This document shows positions 51,319 through 59,962 of a DNA stretch of 64,000 bases, piece by piece. The first letter of the stretch is position 1. Each line of letters begins with the position of its first letter. A model generated the notes under the pieces. It was not told where the DNA came from and did no database searches. It worked only from the letters and a program-made list of their open reading frames with translations. The stretch covers positions 964-64,963 of the forward strand of contig CAVZBW010000007.1 in NCBI GenBank assembly GCA_963773635.1, in the 5' to 3' direction. The stretch is from an uncultured Actinomycetes bacterium (GTDB lineage Bacteria; Actinomycetota; Acidimicrobiia; Acidimicrobiales; RAAP-2). A program made the position numbers and the translations under genes.

Positions 51319-52110
51319 CTACCTCTCCTCGACGACCTGCTTGATGCGCGCCAGCGCGTTCTCGCGGAAGCGTGCGGCGCTCTGGGTGTGGCCGGCGAGT
51401 GCCTGCAGCTCCGTGCCGGCTCGTATGGCGGCTCGTGCCCCCCAGACGTCGAACGCCCTATGAACGGAGCGCTTGTTGATCTGAGTGAGATCGCTCGGCA
51501 CGCCGGCGATACGACCGGCCACCGCCAAGACCTCGTCCTCCAGACGGTCCGCCGGAAACGCCCGGTTGGCGAAGCCGATGCGGGCGGCCTCCTCGCCGGT
51601 GATCGGATCGCCCGTCAGCATGAGCTCCATGGCGCGCCGCATGCCGAGCAGGACGGTGTGGTACTGCCAATCGGGAGGGCTGGCGGCGCGAACCACCGGA
51701 TAGCTGATCGTGGCATCCTCGGCCACGTAGACGAGGTCGCACGCGGAGGCGAGCTCCGTCGCTCCGGCGATGGCGTAGCCGTGAACCTGGGCGATGACCG
51801 GCTTCGCCAGATCCCAGAGGCTGAACCAGGTGTCGTTGGCCTGCCGGGCCCATTGCCCGTCGCCGGGGGCCGAGTAAAACGGGGGATCCTCCATCAGCGG
51901 CGAGCTCAGGTCGTACCCGGACGAGAAGCAGGGACCGGCGCCCCGGACGATCGTTACTCGCACCTCGGGGTCGTTGTCGTGGGCCCAGAGGGCCTGGAGC
52001 AACTCCCGACGTAGGGGGGTCGAGATGGCGTTGCGCTTCTCCGGCCGGTTGAGCGTGATGCGTCGGACGAGCTCGGCCGGCGTGTCGACCAGCAGGAATT
52101 CGTAATCCAT
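51319..52110 (-). CDS. enoyl-CoA hydratase/isomerase (crotonase) family
   Basis: ITLNRPEKRNA, FSSGYDL and AQVHGYAIAGATELA. Confidence 0.85.
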   Translation of the reverse strand: MDYEFLLVDTPAELVRRITLNRPEKRNAISTPLRRELLQALWAHDNDPEVRVTIVRGAGPCFSSGYDLSSPLMEDPPFYSAPGDGQWARQANDTWFSLWDLAKPVIAQVHGYAIAGATELASACDLVYVAEDATISYPVVRAASPPDWQYHTVLLGMRRAMELMLTGDPITGEEAARIGFANRAFPADRLEDEVLAVAGRIAGVPSDLTQINKRSVHRAFDVWGARAAIRAGTELQALAGHTQSAARFRENALARIKQVVEER

Positions 52111-52111
52111 C

Positions 52112-53131
52112 TCAGGCGGCCTCCTTGTCTCGCGTCCCGGCCAGTTCGGCCATGAGCTCGAGTGCCTCGGGCTGTTGGGTGCCGACGACGAGACCGGTCA
52201 CCCCGGGCGGCGCGAAACCCTCCTCCCAGCGGGCGCGGATGCGAGCCACGGATCCGACGAGGGCAGACTGCTCCAGGTACTCCCGGGGCACCGCGCGCTC
52301 GGCCTCGGCCCTGCGGCCCGACCGCCACAGCTCCGTAATCCTTTGCGCGGCCTCTGGGAATCCCCGCCGGGCCATGGCGTCACGGTGATAGTTATGCGTC
52401 TCACTTCCCATGCCCCCGACGTACATGGCGGTGAGCGGACGCATGGAATCCAGCGTCGCGGCCACGTCGTCGGTGATCACGACCGAGGCGCCCGTAAAGA
52501 CCTCGAAGCCCGGGCGTGCCCGCATCTCGGCGGGGACTCCCTCGGGCCCAAGGCCCATCGGCAGCCAACCGTCGCAGATCTCGGCGGCGAGTGCGGTGTT
52601 TCTCGGGCCCCCCGTGGCCAGCCAGATCGGGATGGGTGCGAGCGGATGCATGATCGACTTGAGAGCCTTGCCCTGACCGAGGGCACCCGGACCGCGGTAG
52701 GGGAGTTGGATCTCGGGCCCGTCGTGGGCGACAGGACCTTTGCGCTCGACCACCTTGCGCACGATGGTCACGTAATCGCGCAGGCGCAGGTTGGGTCGGC
52801 CCCACGGCTGCCCGTACCAGCCCTCGACGATCTGAGGTCCCGATACCCCGACGCCGAGGATGACTCGGTTGCCGCCCGCCAACGCGTCGATCGTCATGGC
52901 CTGCATGGCGAGCGTCGCAGGTGGTCGCGCCGCGAGCTGCACGACTCCGGTCGCCAGCTTGATGCGTCGGGTGAGCGCCGCGAGGTAGGCGAGGGGAGAC
53001 AGGGCGTCCGAGCCATAGGCCTCTGCCGTCCATACGGAGTGGTAGCCCAGGGCCTCCGCTCGCCGGACCGTGTCGATCGGCACGGACAGGTCCGCCGCCC
53101 GGTACAGGTCCAGTCGTAGTCCCAGTTTCAT
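52112..53131 (-). CDS. LLM-class (luciferase-like) F420-dependent oxidoreductase
   Basis: MKLGL...AEALGYHSVWTAEAYGSDA ... LGVGVSGPQIVEGWYG is typical of the TIGR03559-like LLM family. Confidence 0.85.
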   Translation of the reverse strand: MKLGLRLDLYRAADLSVPIDTVRRAEALGYHSVWTAEAYGSDALSPLAYLAALTRRIKLATGVVQLAARPPATLAMQAMTIDALAGGNRVILGVGVSGPQIVEGWYGQPWGRPNLRLRDYVTIVRKVVERKGPVAHDGPEIQLPYRGPGALGQGKALKSIMHPLAPIPIWLATGGPRNTALAAEICDGWLPMGLGPEGVPAEMRARPGFEVFTGASVVITDDVAATLDSMRPLTAMYVGGMGSETHNYHRDAMARRGFPEAAQRITELWRSGRRAEAERAVPREYLEQSALVGSVARIRARWEEGFAPPGVTGLVVGTQQPEALELMAELAGTRDKEAA

Positions 53132-53237
53132 GGGACAAACGTAGGTCAGCGAGGGAGAGAAGGTCTGGAGGGGCGCAATGAGGGACGCAATGAGGAGCGG
53201 CGTCGACCGCTCGACGGTCGGACCCTCAGCGAAGACA

Positions 53238-53279
53238 GGTCAACCCGGAGAGCCGATCGAACGGCTCTCCGGGTTGACC
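53238..53279 (-). terminator. perfect 18-bp stem / 6-nt loop hairpin downstream of the rpf-like gene
   Basis: GGTCAACCCGGAGAGCCG atcgaa CGGCTCTCCGGGTTGACC, 25 nt after the rpf stop (minus strand). Confidence 0.6.
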
Positions 53280-53303
53280 CTTACTTCTCGGACCTCTCCG
53301 GGA

Positions 53304-54020
53304 TCACCAGGCCCCGGTGCAGCCTCCCTGGTCCGGGGGCGTCGGCGAGATCCGCTCCGCGATGGAGATCTGCTCGCTCTCGCTCGCACCGCCCGCCGTC
53401 GACGAGTACTGGCCACCGCCGTAGGCGATCCACGAAGAAGGCGTGATGCCGAAGTAGCCGTACGTCGGATCGTTGCGGCCTCCTTCCTCGCAGATGGCAA
53501 CCTGCTGCCAGCCCGAGGCGCTGGAACCGGAGCTCGCGGACGCGGAGCTCGTGCTCGACGAGCTCGTGCTCGACGAGCTCGAATGGCTCGACGAGGACGT
53601 CGCGTTGGCCGCTCGCTGCGCGGCCTGCTGCGCGGCTTGCTGCGCCGCCTGCTGCGCGGCTTGCTGCGCGGCTTGCTGCGCGAGCGCCGCGTACCACGCC
53701 TGCTGGTTGGTGGCGGCCGTCAGGTACTGGTTGACCTGAGCAGCCTGGACGTAGTCGGTCACCTGCTGTCGATGGACGGCGGTGAGGTAGCGGACGACCT
53801 CGTGGCGCTTTGCCGGGCCGAGTCGATGCCCGTTCGGCGCGTAGAGGTCGTTGTTGTTGGCACCGAGCGACAGGATGTCGCCCGAATTGTTGGCGGCGTG
53901 GCCACTCGGGGCCTTGCCGGATGAAGTAGTTGCAGCGGCACTGACCAGTGGGTAGGAGAGAGCCCCTCCTGCCGTAGCCAGCATGGCGAGAGAAACGCCG
54001 TAAAGCCGGTGCTTGCGCAT
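53304..54020 (-). CDS. resuscitation-promoting-factor (Rpf)-like secreted transglycosylase
   Basis: ATG at 54020 with GAGGAGG RBS. Signal peptide MRKHRLYGVSLAMLATAGG. C-terminal Rpf domain WQQVAICEEGGRNDPTYGYFGI...W...GG...C. Contains (AAQQA)n and Ser-rich linkers. Confidence 0.8.
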   Translation of the reverse strand: MRKHRLYGVSLAMLATAGGALSYPLVSAAATTSSGKAPSGHAANNSGDILSLGANNNDLYAPNGHRLGPAKRHEVVRYLTAVHRQQVTDYVQAAQVNQYLTAATNQQAWYAALAQQAAQQAAQQAAQQAAQQAAQRAANATSSSSHSSSSSTSSSSTSSASASSGSSASGWQQVAICEEGGRNDPTYGYFGITPSSWIAYGGGQYSSTAGGASESEQISIAERISPTPPDQGGCTGAW

Positions 54021-54200
54021 TTGCGCCTCCTCAAGTCTTAGCCCGAAGGCTGGAGTTGGCATGGAATGCGGGCCACCGTCCCTGTTGCATTCATCTCGCA
54101 AGCCGGTGCCGGGAAGGGCTGACGACCCTGGACGTGTGAGTCCGTACGAGGTGCAGACGGAGTGATCCCAGGGCTATCAGCGAACGGCGACTCCTTGATG
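54021..54200 (-). ncRNA. long structured 5' leader of the rpf-like gene; candidate ydaO / c-di-AMP riboswitch (unverified)
   Basis: Nested stems CCCUGG..CCGU..ACGG..CCAGGG and GGCACCG..CGGUGGCC. Segment CCCGCAUUCC-AUGCCAACUCC loosely resembles the conserved ydaO 3' part CCCGAAUCCGACAGCUAACCUC. Confidence 0.3.
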
Positions 54201-54677
54201 TGCGGCGACTATCGAATGGACGGATGGGGTCATCAGTTATGTGTTCGTGCTTGCTGCCACCCGCGCGCTCGCACCGAAATACGTCCCACGCAGCGGATCA
54301 CCGGTAAGGGCGCTGATCTACGGGTTCCTGCACTATCTGTGCAGGAGAGTCATCCCGTGGCGCACCATCCAGCAGTGGCTAATCGAGTTCTAAGCAATGT
54401 AGCGAGCAAAGTCACACGGATGCAACTCACGCGAAATACGAGTTCAGGGCGTTGTCACCACGTGTTTACCCATGTCAGCGGCTACTTTGTGATCGCGTGA
54501 ACGAGCCGAGATTTTTCACAGAATATTGCAGAGCCCCTGTTTGACCAGGCCTTTCGCCGACCCAGAAGTGAGCAGAATTTCGGGTCCCGAAACCGTCCGA
54601 GCCGTCGCAACCGATCCCCGGCCGGACGCGTCACCTCATCGCCTGTTCGCAGAGGCGGGACCGCTAGGGTCCAATCT

Positions 54678-54947
54678 ATGTGTCGCAACATCACGATCCT
54701 CCGCGGCCTGCAGCCGCCGGCCACGGCCGAGGAGATCGAGGCCGCGGCGCGCCAGTACGTGCGGAAGGTGAGCGGCGTGCAGAAGCCCTCAGCGCGGACG
54801 GAACAGGCGTTGGACGAGGCTGTTCGTAGAGTCGCCGACGCCACCGCGGAGCTCCTGGCAACCTTGCCGCCTCGCCAGGAGATTCCCCAGACCACGCCTC
54901 CGCTGAGACGGATTCGAGTCGCGGGGGCCTCGCCTCAACCGGGCTGA
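54678..54947 (+). CDS. DUF2277 domain protein
   Basis: MCRNITILRGLQPPATAEEIEAAARQYVRKVSG is the highly conserved DUF2277 N-terminus. Confidence 0.8.
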   Translation: MCRNITILRGLQPPATAEEIEAAARQYVRKVSGVQKPSARTEQALDEAVRRVADATAELLATLPPRQEIPQTTPPLRRIRVAGASPQPG

Positions 54948-55036
54948 CCTCATCCGGTGTAGTGTGCGAACGTATGTTCGTAGACCTCGCGGCCACGGAA
55001 GTGGGAAGTTCTGCCGCGCCGCACGGACGCCGCAGC

Positions 55037-57059
55037 ATGGGGTGACGAGCTCGATCCCGCCCGGTGGGATGACGGGCTCGACGACGCGCAGCTGGCGGTC
55101 GCCACTCACGGCGAGGGGCCGCTCGTGGTGGTCGCAGGGGCGGGGACCGGCAAGACCCGGGCGCTCATCTCGCGCGTGGCGTGCCTGCTCGATCGAGGCG
55201 TGGCGCCCCACAGCATCCTCCTCCTCACCTTCACCCGCCGTGCGGCCGACGAGATGTTGGCCCGGGCCCTCAACCTGGTGGGCACCAGGGGGGATGGCCG
55301 ACCTCGAGGTGGCACCTTCCATGCCGTCGCCTACCGGCATGTCGCCGCACACGCACCCGTCCTCGATCTTCCGGAGGGATTCGGAGTGCTCGATCCGGCG
55401 GGTGCGCAGGACCTGATGGACCTCCTGCGCGTCGAGCAAGGCCTGTCCGGCACGGCGACGAGGTTTCCCCGGCCCGCCACGCTCGTCGATATCTACTCGC
55501 GTTGCGTCAACACCCAGCGACCGCTGCGGTCGGTGGTGCCCGCGGAGTACCCGTGGTGCGCTCCCCACCTCGAGGCGATCGGCGAGCTCTTTCGGAGCTT
55601 CACGAGCCGCAAGCGGAGCTCGGCCCTCCTCGACTTCGACGACCTTCTGCTCTTCTGGCGCGCGCTGCTCGAATCGAGCGAGCTCGGGCCTCAGCTGTCG
55701 GATTGCTTTCGGTACGTCCTGGTCGACGAGTACCAGGACGTCAACGACGTCCAGGTGGACATCGTGAGGCGGCTTGCGCCCGAGGGCAAAGGTCTCACCG
55801 TCGTGGGTGACGAGGCGCAGTGCATCTACGGGTTTCGTGGCTCGGACCCGCGCCACTTGCGGAACCTGGTCCAATCGTTTCCCGGCGCAGACCTCATCCG
55901 ACTCGAACGGAACTTCCGCTCTCGCCAGGCTGTCCTCGACGTGGCCAATGCCGTCCGGCCGGACGCCGGCGCAGACGTCGGCATCCAACTCCGCGGCGAT
56001 CGGGGGACGGGATCGCGGCCGAGCCTCGTCCGCTGCTACGACGCGAACTCGGAGGCGAGGGTCCTCGCGGACTCGATCCTCGAGGCGCATGAGCGAGGTG
56101 TCCGACTGCGCGACCAGGCCGTACTGGTACGGGCCGCTCATCACAGCGATCTCGTGGAGATCGAGCTGTCGGCGCGCAAGGTGCCCTACCGCAAGTACGG
56201 GGGCTTGCGCTTCTTGGAGGGGGCGCACGTCAAGGACTTCGTCGCCGCGGCGAGGCTGCTCGACAACCCGCGTGACGAGGTCGCCTGGTACCGGATGTTG
56301 CGCCTCCACCGCAATATCGGCCCGGCGCGAGCCCAAGCGCTCGTCGAGATCGTCCGGCTCCCCGGTGCCGACGCGCTGACTCGTTGGCCCGAGCTGGTCG
56401 CGGCCGCTCCTCCGTCGACGCGGGCGCGCCTCTCCGCCTGCCTCGGCGACCTACTCGGGGCGAGGGAGCTGGCCACACCCGGCCGGCGCGCCGAGGCCGT
56501 GCTGCGCGCCGTGGCGCCTCTCGTCAAGGAGCGGTACCACGATGCCGCAGTCCGGCTCGGCGACCTCGAGCGGCTGGTCGGCGCCGCCTCGGTGGTGGAC
56601 GACCTCACGGCGTTCCTGGCAGACCTCACCCTCGATCCCCCCTCGTCGACCGGGGATCTTGCCGGTCCGCCCCACCTGGACGACGACTTCGTCGTCATCT
56701 CGACGATCCACTCGGCAAAGGGGCTGGAGTGGCAGATCGTCCATCTGCCCCACATGGTCGACGGTGCCGTCCCGATCGACATGGCACTCGGCACGCCGCA
56801 AGGCCTGGAGGAGGAAGGCCGACTGCTCTACGTCGCCGTCACCCGCGCCCGGGACGAGCTGCACCTCTACGCACCGTTGCGCATGCCGCATCACCGCCAC
56901 GGGCGCGACGACCGCCACAGCTTGGCGCCGCTCAGCCGGTTCCTCGACGAACGTGTCCGGTCGACCCTCGAGGTCGTCGAGGAGAAGTCGAGGACGCATC
57001 CCGTCGAGGCGGTGAGCGCAGAGCGCGTACCCGTCGATCTCGACCCTCTGTGGGATTGA
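55037..57059 (+). CDS. UvrD/REP-family ATP-dependent DNA helicase; the N-terminus needs a 1-nt correction in a G-run at 55039..55042
   Basis: Walker A AGAGTGKT, DEYQD and VHSAKGLEW-like SAKGLEW. The conserved LDDAQLAV...GPLVVV segment is in frame upstream of the first GTG (55125) but has no canonical start. ATG 55037 is one base out of frame. Confidence 0.8.
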
Positions 57060-57086
57060 CCTTGCGGGGACTTCGCGGCCCAGGAT

Positions 57087-57111
57087 CGACGGCCCCGAAT
57101 CGGGGCCGTCG
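57087..57111. terminator. 10-bp perfect hairpin between convergent genes
   Basis: CGACGGCCCC gaatc GGGGCCGTCG, between the helicase stop (57059) and the amidohydrolase stop (57118). Confidence 0.5.
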
Positions 57112-57117
57112 CAGGCG

Positions 57118-58251
57118 TTATGCGAGCAGCCCGGCGACGTTGTCGTGGAAGAAGCCCTTGGCGTCGTGGTCGGGACCGTTGCTGGCGGCGTAGTCCTCGA
57201 TCGGTGTGTCCGTCCCTTCCGAGTGCGGGTAGTCGCTGCAACACATGAACAGGTCACCCGCGGCGCCCATGAGCCGGGCCGGCAGCTCGTAGGAAAACGA
57301 GGAGACCCGCACCTGGCGCCGAAAGTACTCACTCGGGCGCAGGTCGAGGTCGGCCGGCGATCGGCCGTTGAGCGACGAGGTGAATTCCCAACCCCCGTCC
57401 AGCATCCTCAGGTACTGGGGAACCCAGATCGAAGAGAGTTCGACGATCCCGATGCGGAGGTCCGGGTGTCGTTGCAGCACACCGTTGATGATGAGGTCCG
57501 TCACCGCGACGGCCGGAGGCACCCAGAGGAAGATGGACTCGAGCGCGGAGATGGCGACGTCTTCGGGATCGCCGTAAAAGGCCTCGTCGAGTAGGCGGGG
57601 TTGGTCGGCCACGTGGAACAGTGGGGTGACGCCGTGATCGACGAAGGCGGACCACAGCCGGTCGTGCTCCGGGTGGGAGAGCGGGCGACCGGCGACTGCG
57701 GCCGGAGCGATCATCCCGAGGTGCACCCCCGCCTTGGAGATCGTCGCGAGCTCCGCCTCGAGCCAGGCAGGGTCGGTGAGGGTGAGATGCGCGACCGGGT
57801 GCAGACGACCGAGTCCCTGGCTCGACACGGTGGCGCACCAGCGGTTCCAGGCGCCCATGTTGGCGGTCAGGGCCGTCGGGTGACCCGACAGGCGCCGCTC
57901 CCAGAGCAGGCCGAAATTGGGAAAGAGCACGGCCCCCTCGAGGCCCATCGCCGTCAGCTGCTCGAGGCGGGCGGCCGGGTCCCAGTACTCGGGCGGGAGC
58001 TCGTCGTCGTAGGCGTACTCCGGTGGAAGTCCCTGGCGGGCGCGCTCGTGGTGGCGCCCCAGGGCGGCGGTGTCGTGCGGTCGTTGCACGTCGGCCAGGC
58101 TCAGTCGCTGCCCTCGCCAGGTGAGCCAGGCGTAGCCGATCTCGTCGTCGACGATCGCCAGCGCCTCCTCTCGAGCCGCCGGGTCGACGTGATCGGCCCA
58201 GAGCGATCGGGTCTCGTAGAGGTGCTGGTCCGAATCGATGACGTTCGTCAT
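57118..58251 (-). CDS. amidohydrolase family protein (amidohydrolase_2)
   Basis: ATG at 58251. VIDSDQHLYE metal-binding start and CCSDYPHSEG near the C-terminus. Confidence 0.8.
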   Translation of the reverse strand: MTNVIDSDQHLYETRSLWADHVDPAAREEALAIVDDEIGYAWLTWRGQRLSLADVQRPHDTAALGRHHERARQGLPPEYAYDDELPPEYWDPAARLEQLTAMGLEGAVLFPNFGLLWERRLSGHPTALTANMGAWNRWCATVSSQGLGRLHPVAHLTLTDPAWLEAELATISKAGVHLGMIAPAAVAGRPLSHPEHDRLWSAFVDHGVTPLFHVADQPRLLDEAFYGDPEDVAISALESIFLWVPPAVAVTDLIINGVLQRHPDLRIGIVELSSIWVPQYLRMLDGGWEFTSSLNGRSPADLDLRPSEYFRRQVRVSSFSYELPARLMGAAGDLFMCCSDYPHSEGTDTPIEDYAASNGPDHDAKGFFHDNVAGLLA

Positions 58252-58290
58252 CGGATCCACTCTAGGTCGCGCCCAAGAGAGAGGCACCTG

Positions 58291-58572
58291 TCAGTCGCTG
58301 CGCCGCTCCTCTTCGCGTGAGACCCCGAGGGACTGGTCGAGCCAGTCGGCCTCGTCGGACGAGTCGGCTGCCTCGCCCCGGACCAGTGGGCGGGCGATGA
58401 ACTGGTCCTCCTCTGCCAGCTCGTCCTGCTCGAGCACGTCGGCCTCCGGTCGGTCGGCGCCTCCGATCGATCGGATGTGCTCCTCGACGCTCCCACCCTC
58501 CGCGGGCTCGTCCTGCTCGAGACGATCGGCTTCGGGCACGGGGTCGGCCCTTGGCACCGCTCGGTCCTCCAT
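58291..58572 (-). CDS. small acidic protein (93 aa), DUF5709-like, with an internal duplication
   Basis: ATG at 58572 preceded by GAGGAGG. PEADRLEQDEPAEGG and PEADVLEQDELAEED repeats. Only the C-terminal part of the 499-aa track ORF is credible. Confidence 0.55.
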   Translation of the reverse strand: MEDRAVPRADPVPEADRLEQDEPAEGGSVEEHIRSIGGADRPEADVLEQDELAEEDQFIARPLVRGEAADSSDEADWLDQSLGVSREEERRSD

Positions 58573-58791
58573 CGTGAAAGGCCTCCTCTCGCACCCGTCT
58601 CCGCGGGCTCCGGCCACAGTGACCCTTGCGGCAGGGCGCCGGTAGGGCCGTTGGTCCCCCGGAGCTCGGTCGACGCTCACGGGGAGGCGCTCGCCTACGA
58701 TGCGGATGCCGGGTCCGATCTTCGCGGCGCCGGCGCCGGGCCAGCAAGGGGGGTTCGTCGACATCATGGGCAAGTGGAGAGCCAAGCGCAG

Positions 58792-59868
58792 ATGGGGCCA
58801 CCACCGGTGCCGTCGGGGCGCGGCGTGACGACGCTGCACGAGGGCCGCTCCGTCCAGGATGACGGCCAGGCACCCATACCTCCGGTCGAGCGGGTGCGTC
58901 CCGGCCTGTGGAGCATCCCCGTCCCCCTGCCCAACAACTCGCTGCGCTACGTGCTCGTCTACCTGTTCGAGACCGACCGGGGCCCGTACCTCATCGATGC
59001 CGGTTGGAACACCGACGAGGCCTTTGGCGCCCTGCGAGACGGCGTCGAGACCGCCGGCTGTCGGTTGAACGACGTCCAGGGCGTCCTCGTCACCCACATC
59101 CATCCGGACCACTACGGGCTGGCGGGCCGGATCCGCGCCGAGTCGGGGGCCTGGGTGGCCCTGCATCCCGCCGACGCCGAGCTGATCCGCGAGCGCTACG
59201 ACGAGCCCGACGACCTTCTCGAGCGGGTGGCCACGATGCTCCGGCGCGTCGGCGCCCCGGCCGAGGAGCTCGACAGCCTCAAGCTGGCCGCCATGCCGCT
59301 GCGTCCGATGGTCGAGACCGTTGCCCCCGACGTCCTCCTCGAGGACGGCGCGCAGCCGGAGGTGCCGGGCTGGGACCTGCGCGCCATCTGGACGCCGGGC
59401 CACTCGCCTGGCCACCTCTGCTTCTGGGAGGGGCGCAACGAGGTGATGCTCTCGGGCGACCATGTGCTGCCGAGGATCACGCCCAACATTCCGTTTCATC
59501 CGCAGGCCGGGGTCAACCCACTGCGCGACTACCTGCGGTCGCTCGACAAGCTCGATGCCTATGTTCCCGACGAGGTGTTGCCGGCGCACGAGCATCGCTT
59601 CGCGGACCTTGGGACGCGGCTCGAGGAGTTGCGCCAGCACCATCGGGATCGATTCGCCGAGGTGTTGGCCGCGATCGATGGGGGTGCACGGACGGCCTGG
59701 GACATCGCCTCGAAGATGGCATGGTCGCGTCCGTGGGCAGAGATCGCCGGTTACATGCGTCGCGCCGCGGTCGGCGAGACCATGGCGCACCTCCGTCTGT
59801 TGCAGGACGAGGGATGGGTGACCGTCCAGGACGGCGAGCCCTCTACGTGGTCTCGGACGGACGGCTGA
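58792..59868 (+). CDS. MBL-fold metallo-hydrolase
   Basis: THIHPDHYG (HxHxDH) and TPGHSPGH. Start is ATG 58792 or a nearby GTG. Confidence 0.8.
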   Translation: MGPPPVPSGRGVTTLHEGRSVQDDGQAPIPPVERVRPGLWSIPVPLPNNSLRYVLVYLFETDRGPYLIDAGWNTDEAFGALRDGVETAGCRLNDVQGVLVTHIHPDHYGLAGRIRAESGAWVALHPADAELIRERYDEPDDLLERVATMLRRVGAPAEELDSLKLAAMPLRPMVETVAPDVLLEDGAQPEVPGWDLRAIWTPGHSPGHLCFWEGRNEVMLSGDHVLPRITPNIPFHPQAGVNPLRDYLRSLDKLDAYVPDEVLPAHEHRFADLGTRLEELRQHHRDRFAEVLAAIDGGARTAWDIASKMAWSRPWAEIAGYMRRAAVGETMAHLRLLQDEGWVTVQDGEPSTWSRTDG

Positions 59869-59962
59869 GGCGGTTACGTAGACTCTTCTGCCCAGGCTCC
59901 GACGGCCTCCGACGCCCGGCCCGCGAGCTCGACCAGAATCCTCGTCGGTTCGGGAGGTAGCA

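Noticed and set aside
54162-54500. 112-aa plus-strand ORF in the rpf upstream region
   Set aside because: Poor GC3 bias and a Cys/His/Arg-rich odd composition. It overlaps the structured rpf leader and has no RBS, so it is more likely non-coding.
58291-59790. 499-aa minus-strand ORF opposite the MBL hydrolase
   Set aside because: Only the last 93 codons (58291..58572) have an RBS and a plausible protein. The rest is antisense to the MBL-fold gene, which carries HxHxDH.
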